A DNA stretch of 61,857 nucleotides, counting the filler. It is 4 parts of 4 records of this genome, joined end to end, with 100 filler letters (N's around TTAATTAATTAA, not from the genome) between each part and the next. Parts side by side here need not be neighbours in the genome. Positions count along the whole stretch, not along the records: positions 1 to 21,857 come from SRR22947725_4052; 3 more parts are not named here. The stretch is one strand, 5' to 3'. The translations under genes were made by a program, and so were the position numbers. This document shows, in pieces, positions 10,480 through 18,969 of the stretch; the first letter of the stretch is position 1; every line of letters begins with the position of its first letter. The notes beneath the pieces are model-generated. The model had not been told where the DNA came from. It searched no databases and was given only the letters and a program-made list of their open reading frames with translations.

Positions 10480-11007
10480 TCATATCGGATGAGGTATCCT
10501 GTATTTGTTCATGGCTCCTTGTATTTCCTCCCATTGGTTTCCAAATTCGGATTGGAGCATCGATTCCTGATGTCCTCTCAATGGAAAAAACTTGGCTGAT
10601 CCAGAGGCTGCCTTGGTGTCGTCCATCATGAGCTGTGCGCTTGCCAAAAAGAGCTTTCCACGCCGGTTTTCATCAAGATTACCAATACATTGGATCTGCA
10701 TACCCGGTTCGATTACCTTGTGATAGCGGATGTTCATATCGACAGAATACGCAAATTTACCTCCCAGAATTCCACAGGCCCACGCCATCATTTCATCAAC
10801 AACCGTTGCAATGACTCCACCGTGTACAGCGTGACTGAAACCTGCATGTTCCTGACGAGGTGTCCAGTCGGCATAAACCGCCTTTCCATCCGTTCTCATC
10901 TTGAGTGAAACACCGGCAGGATTCCCATGTCCGCAGCCGAAGCAGGCCGTGGTTTGTGGCAATATCTCCATTTGAAGCATCATGTCACGCATTCCAGATG
11001 AATTCAA
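10480..11007 (-). CDS. PaaI/hotdog-fold thioesterase
   Basis: CFGCG..NPAG and HGGVIATVVDE motifs; exact start uncertain. Confidence 0.85.
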   Translation of the reverse strand: MNSSGMRDMMLQMEILPQTTACFGCGHGNPAGVSLKMRTDGKAVYADWTPRQEHAGFSHAVHGGVIATVVDEMMAWACGILGGKFAYSVDMNIRYHKVIEPGMQIQCIGNLDENRRGKLFLASAQLMMDDTKAASGSAKFFPLRGHQESMLQSEFGNQWEEIQGAMNKYRIPHPI

Positions 11008-11110
11008 TCATCCAGCTATTATGAGTTCACGTCAATCATCCGTAAGAATATACGGATTTGTTTGAGGTCAACATGGTGGATTTTGACGGGATCAGCTTTT
11101 GCTGACCACC

Positions 11111-11262
11111 ACGGAATCTTTTATCTGTGTTGCGGGATAGTAAAAGGTGACTTGTTCTTTAAGATTTCATGGGGTTCCAAGTTAGCATGAGCAGAAAGTA
11201 TGGAAACCACGATGCTTGCTCGACGGGATATCCCGCAGTCATCTGTATCTGGCAAGATCCGT
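11111..11262. ncRNA. Candidate structured intergenic element (long imperfect hairpin)
   Basis: Nested complementary segments 11111-11120/11254-11262, 11131-11139/11229-11237 and 11175-11179/11201-11205 within a 290-nt non-coding gap. Confidence 0.25.
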
Positions 11263-11297
11263 CGACTTCACTTTGTGATCTCAAATTACTCCAGCAG

Positions 11298-12335
11298 TCA
11301 TTGAGAGTGCACCCATCTGGCCAGGGCACCTGCCATTTTGCGGATGGTATCATCTTTACCTGTTTTGGCGGCAAGGCTAAGGATAAAGCGCGTGTCGGAA
11401 TTCTCATCCGCAATGTAGGCTACATCCAGCGTGTAATTGCTGATCATGCCTGCTTTGTGAAAATAGCGTGCTTTTGGAAATATCTTCTTTAAATCACTTT
11501 CCCATGCATAAGGCCCGGCTTCTTTATTCTCAAGGCCGTAAAGGCCACCACCACCGTAACGGATGGCGTCCACTTGTTCATTCGTCAGCTGATAGCGCTC
11601 TGCTTCAGGAATGGATTCATGAAACATGATGCGGCGCATGCACTCAGCGAGTTCAGTGGTTGATGTACAGTTCCCGGTCTTTGAACTCAAAATCGTGGCG
11701 CCTCGTTGTTCGGCAAAAGAGATACCAGACCACGTGTGGGTGATGGTCATGGATTCCTGTTGAGAGGTAACGATATGAATTCGCTGGGGTTCGGTGTTTT
11801 CATACACTATCGGTCTGTGTGTGACATAATCCCGCATGAGTGCAGAATGAGGGAATCCCTTTTCGGGAATGAGGAATTGTGTGTTGATTCGATCGATACC
11901 GACAAATCGAAGAAGCAAGCTATAATCTTCATTTGAGGATCGACGGAAAACCTCACTGATCATCTCACGCATCGTACGTGCCGTATCCAAATGCCAACGA
12001 TCATCAGTTTGTCTCTCGAATACCAGTGTAGAATCCAAAGGTCTTTTCAGTTCGTTCAAGTATTCCAAAGCAGCCACGACGGTGTAAATTTTGATCGTGC
12101 TTGCCGGCCAGAAATCAACAGTTTCACGACTGCTGCGGTAATAATGCCAATCGAACTCAGTTTGGCCTTCATTGTTATGAGCGATGACCACAGAAGCCCA
12201 TTTTGAAATGTTTGGATCAATGGAATCGATGATTGAGTCAAGGGAACCACCGCACAATCTGTCTTGAAAGCCGAGGGCGAAAATACACGCACACAGCACG
12301 GGGATTTTCCTGCACAAGATTGCGATATGGTTCAT
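11298..12335 (-). CDS. Serine hydrolase, class A beta-lactamase/PBP-like fold
   Basis: SxxK (PASTIK), SxN (SSN), KxG (HKAG); N-terminal hydrophobic segment. Confidence 0.75.
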   Translation of the reverse strand: MNHIAILCRKIPVLCACIFALGFQDRLCGGSLDSIIDSIDPNISKWASVVIAHNNEGQTEFDWHYYRSSRETVDFWPASTIKIYTVVAALEYLNELKRPLDSTLVFERQTDDRWHLDTARTMREMISEVFRRSSNEDYSLLLRFVGIDRINTQFLIPEKGFPHSALMRDYVTHRPIVYENTEPQRIHIVTSQQESMTITHTWSGISFAEQRGATILSSKTGNCTSTTELAECMRRIMFHESIPEAERYQLTNEQVDAIRYGGGGLYGLENKEAGPYAWESDLKKIFPKARYFHKAGMISNYTLDVAYIADENSDTRFILSLAAKTGKDDTIRKMAGALARWVHSQ

Positions 12336-12808
12336 TTCTCTGGTAGTTTTGCTTCTTGATTGGAATCGGCTTCTTGCCCAGTGTTTTCTCCCGGTTGAAA
12401 ATGTTTCTGAAACGCTCCGAGAGTTTCAGGATTCTTTTCAAAAAAGTCAGTGAGAGAGGTGAGCATTTCCAGTGTCTTTGAACTAAGGTGGTGCTCAATG
12501 CCCTCAATGTCCGACTGCTGAGTAGCTGCATCAATTCCCAGGAGTGAGAAGAAACGCGATAACATTTCATGCCTACGCTGAATTCTTTGTGCAATTTCTC
12601 GTCCGGCATCCGTTAGAACGAGGCCACGGTATTTTTCATAATTCAGATAGCCCAATTCATCCAGTTTTTGAACCATGCTTGTCACCGAAGCCTGGCGAAC
12701 GGCGAGTGAGGAAGCAATGTCAACGACTCGAGCATACCCTTTTTCTTCAATGAGTTCGTGAATACGCTCCAAGTAATCCTCGGCAGTCTGGCTCGGTTTT
12801 GGTGGCAT
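12332..12808 (-). CDS. mntR: DtxR/MntR family metal-dependent regulator
   Basis: EDYLERI, ARVVDIA, SVTSMVQKL, RRH, IEGIEHHLS. ATG 12808 preferred. Confidence 0.88.
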   Translation of the reverse strand: MPPKPSQTAEDYLERIHELIEEKGYARVVDIASSLAVRQASVTSMVQKLDELGYLNYEKYRGLVLTDAGREIAQRIQRRHEMLSRFFSLLGIDAATQQSDIEGIEHHLSSKTLEMLTSLTDFFEKNPETLGAFQKHFQPGENTGQEADSNQEAKLPEK

Positions 12809-12861
12809 AAATGATGTTTTTTTTCTACAGTCTTGGCAACCTTTTTGCAAGTCATTGTGCG

Positions 12862-13542
12862 ATGATAAAACTGATTCTATTTGATATTGATGGTACCATG
12901 ATCCGGTCAGCCGGAGCGGGAAGCATGGCCTTTGGTCGAGCTTTTGGAACCTTGTTCAATCTGCCAGAGGGTGCAGCCCTGCTGGATTTTGCAGGTCGAA
13001 CGGACACATCGCTGCTGAAGGAGTTTCTGGATCATCACTCCATCGAGGCTACCGAAAATCTGGAATCGTCCTTTTTTCATGTTTATACCCATTGGTTGGG
13101 AGAATTGTTGCCTCAGGTGGAAGGTGCTGTATTGCCCGGTGTGTTTGGGTTATTGAACGCATTTACGACTCACGATGCAACGGTCCAGCTTGGTTTATTG
13201 ACAGGAAATACGCGGCTCGCTGCAGAGGTGAAATTACGTCATTTCGATTTGTGGGGTGAATTCAAGCTGGGCGCATTTGGAGACGATCACGCCTGTCGGA
13301 ATGAACTCGCCTCCATAGCTGAAAGGCGAGCCAAGCAAGTAATAGGTGACTCCCTTCTATCGGAGGAGATTCTGGTCATTGGTGACACACCGCGCGATGT
13401 CGAATGCGCTCAAAGCATCGGTGCTAAATCACTTGCTGTGGCCACGGGAAACTTTGATTCAGCGACACTTCGGAATTGCGGAGCTACACGGACCGTCGAA
13501 ATGCTCGTCGACATACACGCCGAAGAGATACTGCGTTTATGA
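12862..13542 (+). CDS. HAD-superfamily hydrolase (phosphoglycolate phosphatase-like)
   Basis: LFDIDGT, LLTGN, IGDTPRD motifs. Confidence 0.88.
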   Translation: MIKLILFDIDGTMIRSAGAGSMAFGRAFGTLFNLPEGAALLDFAGRTDTSLLKEFLDHHSIEATENLESSFFHVYTHWLGELLPQVEGAVLPGVFGLLNAFTTHDATVQLGLLTGNTRLAAEVKLRHFDLWGEFKLGAFGDDHACRNELASIAERRAKQVIGDSLLSEEILVIGDTPRDVECAQSIGAKSLAVATGNFDSATLRNCGATRTVEMLVDIHAEEILRL

Positions 13543-13560
13543 GCGAGAAACTTCAGTCCT

Positions 13561-14838
13561 TCACGGTAGAAACAGTTTCGGCAGCCATAGAACCAGTTCG
13601 GGAATGAAAATGATCACCAGCAGAGTGGCGATGTTTGCAGAAAGGAAGGGAAGTGCTCCCAGAAAAATGGTTCCGATGCGTTGACCTGAAATAAGTGCAC
13701 AAACATTCAAACAATTCCCTACGGGTGGAGTGCAGGCGCCTATAGCCAACGACGCCACGAAGACCACACCGAAAAAAATAGGTGAGATTCCGGCCTTCGT
13801 GATGACCGGTAACAATATAGGCGTCAGTAAAAGAATGGCTGGGCTGACGTCAATCACCGTACCGATCACGAGCACGATGACCATGATCAAGAGCATGAGC
13901 AAGGTAGGTGTCAGCTCCAGAGAAAGCATCAATTGAGTCATACTCTCGGGTGCTCTTTCCAAAGCAAGTATCCATACAAACACCTGAGAAAAAGCAATGA
14001 TGATCATAATATATGCACTTGTTCTGGCAGCAGAGAGCAAGGATTCGTAAAAAGATTTCAGCGTTAGAAACCGCATGAAAAAGATTCCAATGCCCAGTGC
14101 GTACAAGCCACCCAATGCCGCAGACTCAGTAGCTGTTGCTATACCAAAAACCACTACTCCTACGACAAACACAGGCATGATTAAAATATGAACAGATTGA
14201 CTGACCACAGTGAAACAACGCTTCCATGATCCTTCTGCATTTTCTTTAGGGTAATTGTTGCGCTTGGAAATCCAAACCGCAATGCAGAGCTGTAGAATGC
14301 CTACCATCAGACCCGGTATGATGCCGCCTAGAAAAAGCTTTCCCACCGATACCTGCGCTGAAACGGCGTAAAGCACCATGGGAATACTTGGCGGAAGAAT
14401 CATACCCATCGTCGAGGAAGCCACTGTGATTCCTGATGCGTAACTCAGTGGATAACCACGTTTTTTCATTTCCGGAATAAGCACCGATCCGATGGATGCC
14501 GTATCTGAAGTGGAGGATCCGGATATGCCGCCGAACAGCATGCTTGTGCTCACATTGACCATGCCAAGTCCACCCGAAAACCTGCCTACGAACACAAGGC
14601 ACAAATCCACCAGTCGTTGGGTGATCCCACTGGAGTTCATCAACTGGCCCATGAAAATGAAGAGAGGAAGCGCTATCAGGGCGTAGGATTGCATGCCCGC
14701 AAATAAACGCTGAGGTAACACTGGCAGCAGCTCGGGTTGCGCGACAACAAAGTAAAGCAAAGAGGCCATCCCTAGTGCATAAGCTATGGGAATACCCAAA
14801 AGCAGAAGGAGAGCCAATGTGATCAGAAGGATGGTCAT
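13561..14838 (-). CDS. dctM: TRAP transporter large permease
   Basis: Polytopic; FGGISGSS, PPSIP, TATES, TPPVG motifs. Confidence 0.93.
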   Translation of the reverse strand: MTILLITLALLLLLGIPIAYALGMASLLYFVVAQPELLPVLPQRLFAGMQSYALIALPLFIFMGQLMNSSGITQRLVDLCLVFVGRFSGGLGMVNVSTSMLFGGISGSSTSDTASIGSVLIPEMKKRGYPLSYASGITVASSTMGMILPPSIPMVLYAVSAQVSVGKLFLGGIIPGLMVGILQLCIAVWISKRNNYPKENAEGSWKRCFTVVSQSVHILIMPVFVVGVVVFGIATATESAALGGLYALGIGIFFMRFLTLKSFYESLLSAARTSAYIMIIIAFSQVFVWILALERAPESMTQLMLSLELTPTLLMLLIMVIVLVIGTVIDVSPAILLLTPILLPVITKAGISPIFFGVVFVASLAIGACTPPVGNCLNVCALISGQRIGTIFLGALPFLSANIATLLVIIFIPELVLWLPKLFLP

Positions 14839-15326
14839 AACTTAGATCCATTTTCAGATGGATTGGCTTGTGATGCGTTTTTCATCTGTTGCTTAAAACG
14901 TAATGAAATAAAAACCAGTCCAAGGAGGCCGCCCATTGGAATGCTGATTTGTGCCACCCATCGGGGCAATCCTGTGCTGGGCATCAGGAAATGTCCGGTT
15001 TTCCATATCCAATAAAAACTCAGCACAACAATGGTTGCATGAAGCAAGCAGAGCAATGTGGTTTGCAATAGATTAATGTAGGAACGTAATCTGCCGGATA
15101 CTTTCGCCACGGCAAATTCGATCGACAGATGCCCACCTTTTCCAAATCCCAGAGCCGCTCCCAGGGAGGTTGCGTAAACGAATAAGATCACGATCCATTC
15201 ATTCGCTCCCGGAATAGAGCTGTTGAAGACATAACGCAACGTCACCAGTATGACAACCGTCAGCCAGATGATGAACACCAGTCCTGACAAAAGGATCTCG
15301 ATGGATTTGATCAGTTTGTTTTTCAA
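14835..15326 (-). CDS. dctQ: TRAP transporter small permease
   Basis: Four TM helices, RYVFN motif, located between dctP and dctM. Confidence 0.88.
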   Translation of the reverse strand: MKNKLIKSIEILLSGLVFIIWLTVVILVTLRYVFNSSIPGANEWIVILFVYATSLGAALGFGKGGHLSIEFAVAKVSGRLRSYINLLQTTLLCLLHATIVVLSFYWIWKTGHFLMPSTGLPRWVAQISIPMGGLLGLVFISLRFKQQMKNASQANPSENGSKL

Positions 15327-15354
15327 TCTTGGCTTGTCTCAGTGGAGGTTGATG

Positions 15355-16401
15355 TCATCTGGATTCTGTTGTTCTCGATGTTACTTCGGCCTTTCGAGCC
15401 TCGCGTCTGGCTGATTCAATATCATCATAAGAAAAATCGCCCTTGGAAACAAAGTAATCGTAGACGGGTTTCACCGCATTTTGAAAAGGTTTAAGTTGTT
15501 CTCCGGAAAGAAAATTAACTTCCAGGGAATCATCGAGCATCTGAATATATTCCTTTTCCTTTTCACGGTTCAACTGATCGCTCAGTAGCATGGTTTCCCG
15601 TGCTACCTCGTCAAATATTCTTTTTAGATCCTGAGGTAATTCTTCATACCATTTCAAATGAACCATTAATGGATCTGGACCAGTGGAATAATGGGTGATC
15701 GTGAGATATTTCGACACCTCGTGGATTTTATAGTCCCAGATGTTGGAAGGTGGATTATCTTGTCCGTCCACTACACCAGTCTTTAGGGCTTGGTAGATTT
15801 CTACGGCAGGTATTTCCTGAGGATTGGCACCAAAGGCTTGTGCGGTGCGCAGATAAACCTCCTGCGGTGGAACCCTCATTTTGAGACCCTTTAAATCATC
15901 TGGATGAGTGATGGGAAGTTTGCTGTTGGTGTGCGCGCGAAAGCCTTGAGATATGCCTGCGGCTGGGATGTGGAAGCCACGTTCTTTTGCCTTGCGATTT
16001 ATGTCAGCCGTGAATTCACTTTGCATCAATCGCAGGGCCTGATCCCAATCATCGACAAGGAAAGGAAGCGTGAATAGTTGGAACTTTGGATTGGCATCTG
16101 CGTAATAGGCACCACGAGTGCCTTGAAGCACTCCCATGGTGACAAAGTCCATCAATTCACGCTCATTTCCCAACACCCCTCCGAAATAAAGTTCGACCAG
16201 AATCCGCCCCTGAGTGCGCTTCTCAAGCTCCTTTTCGAAAAACAGCATGGACTGGCTGCGCAATGCTGCTTTGGGTTGACTATTCGAATAACGGAAAACG
16301 ATGATGTCCTGTTGTTTTTTACATGACACCCCCAACGAAAAAATAACGAGAAGAAGTAGCCCAAAGAGGCCTCTGCTCAGCTGGTGCTTCAGAAACGCCA
16401 T
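15355..16401 (-). CDS. dctP: TRAP substrate-binding protein
   Basis: DLKGLKMRV, EIYQALKTGVVDGQDN motifs; lipoprotein-like signal. Confidence 0.92.
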   Translation of the reverse strand: MAFLKHQLSRGLFGLLLLVIFSLGVSCKKQQDIIVFRYSNSQPKAALRSQSMLFFEKELEKRTQGRILVELYFGGVLGNERELMDFVTMGVLQGTRGAYYADANPKFQLFTLPFLVDDWDQALRLMQSEFTADINRKAKERGFHIPAAGISQGFRAHTNSKLPITHPDDLKGLKMRVPPQEVYLRTAQAFGANPQEIPAVEIYQALKTGVVDGQDNPPSNIWDYKIHEVSKYLTITHYSTGPDPLMVHLKWYEELPQDLKRIFDEVARETMLLSDQLNREKEKEYIQMLDDSLEVNFLSGEQLKPFQNAVKPVYDYFVSKGDFSYDDIESARREARKAEVTSRTTESR

Positions 16402-16421
16402 GACAGGATGCGTGAACCGAA

Positions 16422-17300
16422 TCAGCCGAAAATTCGTTTGAATGCTTCGACGGATCGCAGAAAGCCTCCTTCGAAACTACCTTGTTCATCACAATGAACA
16501 CTTTCAAAAGACACAACCCCGTCATAACCGTCTTCCCTGAGGCCGCGCGCCATGGGTTCAAAGCTGTCAGCGAGCTGCCCTTCTCCCATGCGGCAAAAAG
16601 TGACGGTTGCTTTATTCATCTCCACGATCGCGTCCTTGACGTGCAAATGTCCCATGAATCCGCCCTTCAGAGCTTCCCAACCATCTGGATATGCAGGTTC
16701 GTTAGCACAAAGGCAGTTGCCTGGATCCCACAGAATCTTCAAATGTTTGCTGCCCATATCTTCGATCAGCTTTCTACCGAGATAAGCGGAGGGAACCATT
16801 GCATTGTTGCCGGTTTCAAGTACGAGTTGGACTCCCTCTTTTTCAGCAAGCTCTACAGGTGGTTTAAGGAGTTCAATCAGCTTTTCCCACGCACCATTGG
16901 CGGCGACCCAATGTTCCGCACCCCCCTTACCAAACAGAATCATTTCCCGCCGGAAACTCATGATACGTACTTTGGGGCACTCCAGCTCTTGTGCCATCTC
17001 GATGCACCTTTTCAATCCATCCATGTGACAGTTGTATTGTTCGTCACCCACCTCTGTCTGGTTCACTCCCATGCCGACAAAATTATGCCTTGAAATACAG
17101 GCCACCTTGACTTTGTAATCGCTAACGAGGCGTTTGACTCGCGCCAATTCATCCGCATCAAGATCCCCTACCTCCTTGTCCCAGAGGAATTGTAATTCGG
17201 CATATTCAAGCCCGGCCTTGGTCATTACCCCAAGTGCATGTTCGAAATCCCGGCTGATGCCATCGGTAATGACCCCTAATTTTGCTTTGTTATTGTTCAT
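16422..17300 (-). CDS. Sugar phosphate isomerase/epimerase TIM barrel
   Basis: LETGN, WDPGN, HLHVKD, SFES motifs. ATG 17300 preferred. Confidence 0.85.
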   Translation of the reverse strand: MNNNKAKLGVITDGISRDFEHALGVMTKAGLEYAELQFLWDKEVGDLDADELARVKRLVSDYKVKVACISRHNFVGMGVNQTEVGDEQYNCHMDGLKRCIEMAQELECPKVRIMSFRREMILFGKGGAEHWVAANGAWEKLIELLKPPVELAEKEGVQLVLETGNNAMVPSAYLGRKLIEDMGSKHLKILWDPGNCLCANEPAYPDGWEALKGGFMGHLHVKDAIVEMNKATVTFCRMGEGQLADSFEPMARGLREDGYDGVVSFESVHCDEQGSFEGGFLRSVEAFKRIFG

Positions 17301-17316
17301 TGTTGATTTTTTCCTC

Positions 17317-18210
17317 TTACCATTTGACTTCCGTTCCAGCGATTTCTTCCAGCACTTTTGTAATGGTCCAGTTGTCCTCTTCCGGGAATTTAGAAATACC
17401 AGATTGAAACAATTGCTGCGCCGCAGCAGTGGTGAACATCGGGACCCCATTTTGACGGGCCAGGTCCATAGTGATACCCAAATCCTTGTACATGGTGCCT
17501 ATCTGGCTTCCTGTGTCTTTGAATTTTCGGTCCATGATTAATTTCGCGCAATTTTTAAAAAGAGGACTGCTTACTCCACTGGCGCTGAAAACTTCATACA
17601 GTACTTTGCCGCTGACGCCTGCCTTGCTTCCGAGAACCAGTGATTCGAAGATGGCTGTGAATGTGCATCCTATCAGAGCTTGGAGGGAGGCCTTGACCGT
17701 TTGGCCGATGCCGATTTCCTCACCGACATGAAAGATGTTTTCACCGACTGCTTTCATGAGGTCCAGATTCTCATCCCACACTTTTTTGTCTGCTGCGGCC
17801 ATCAAAGCCAGCGTGCCTGATTCTGCTCCGTTCTGCCCCCCGCTGACTGGCGCATCGATCAAATGGACTCCTTTTTCGGCAACAGTTTTTCCAATGGAGC
17901 GGGCTTCATGGGGTTCAATGGTGGCTGTCAGAAGGATCGTCTTGCCGGGGTTCATTGTTGTCAGCAGCCCATCTTCTCCGCTCACAATGGACTCAGCCTG
18001 CTTACCTGTCATTACCATGATGAATACTGCATCAGCAACCTTGCCTACTTCAGCGGGAGAGCTGGCCCGCTTTCCTCCCAAGGCCTCCAGCATCTCCAAT
18101 CGCTCTTCACGCAGATCAAAACCTGTCAGTTGATACCCAGCCTTGAGAATATTCTGGGCCATGGAAAATCCCATGTCACCCAGTCCTATGATTCCTATAT
18201 GTTTATTCAT
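17317..18210 (-). CDS. NAD(P)-dependent beta-hydroxyacid dehydrogenase (3-hydroxyisobutyrate DH family)
   Basis: GIIGLGDMG, DAPVSGG, GQTVK, KDL. ATG 18210 overlaps the upstream stop. Confidence 0.88.
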   Translation of the reverse strand: MNKHIGIIGLGDMGFSMAQNILKAGYQLTGFDLREERLEMLEALGGKRASSPAEVGKVADAVFIMVMTGKQAESIVSGEDGLLTTMNPGKTILLTATIEPHEARSIGKTVAEKGVHLIDAPVSGGQNGAESGTLALMAAADKKVWDENLDLMKAVGENIFHVGEEIGIGQTVKASLQALIGCTFTAIFESLVLGSKAGVSGKVLYEVFSASGVSSPLFKNCAKLIMDRKFKDTGSQIGTMYKDLGITMDLARQNGVPMFTTAAAQQLFQSGISKFPEEDNWTITKVLEEIAGTEVKW

Positions 18211-18953
18211 AATTCCGAAAATATGCGGTTGGCTTCCTCCAGAGTTTCCTTGGACCCAATATCGTACCAAAGACCCGGAAGACTCCAGGTGAAAACGGGG
18301 ATACGCGGGTAAAGCCATTGTACCAAACGCCCCGGCTGATCTGCGTTATGACCATCTTCCACATACTTTTTGATGGTGGGAATCAGGTCTTTTGGATAGT
18401 AATAAAGAGCGATACCGATCACGGTGGTGGTGGGATATTCAGGTTTTTCCTCGAATGAAGTGATATGGCCATTCATGTCAGTATGAACTTCACTGTATTT
18501 TTTAGTGTCTTCCAGACGGCCAACATCGTACACACCTAAAACTGGAGCCTTCTTTTCCAGACAAAATTCCCCAAAAGCCTTGATACTCTGACTAAATAGG
18601 TTGTCACCTGCAACCACGATCACGTCTTCATCAACGGACTGATCATTCATGGCAAACACCATATCGCCAATCGCTCCCAGACGATTGTTTTCGTCCGTTG
18701 ATTTGTCATTAACGACTGTGATCGGAATGTTTTGTCCACTTATCTGGTAATCACTTGCCCATTTCTCAAAGTGTCCATGGAATTTCTCATTGGATATGAT
18801 GATGACGCCCGTGAGTTCTGGAACATCTTTCAGATGATCTATCACATGCTCAATCATGGGCCGCTCAGACACCTTAAGTAAGGGTTTTGGCTGGTTGATT
18901 GTCAGTGGATAAAGCCGAGTGGCATAACCCGCTGCCAAAATAATCAATTTCAT
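18207..18953 (-). CDS. Sugar-phosphate nucleotidyltransferase family protein
   Basis: ILAAGYATRLYPLT..PKPLL, AGDN, FEEKP, WYDIG. Confidence 0.9.
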   Translation of the reverse strand: MKLIILAAGYATRLYPLTINQPKPLLKVSERPMIEHVIDHLKDVPELTGVIIISNEKFHGHFEKWASDYQISGQNIPITVVNDKSTDENNRLGAIGDMVFAMNDQSVDEDVIVVAGDNLFSQSIKAFGEFCLEKKAPVLGVYDVGRLEDTKKYSEVHTDMNGHITSFEEKPEYPTTTVIGIALYYYPKDLIPTIKKYVEDGHNADQPGRLVQWLYPRIPVFTWSLPGLWYDIGSKETLEEANRIFSEL

Positions 18954-18969
18954 CGTTTAAAAAAGGTAC

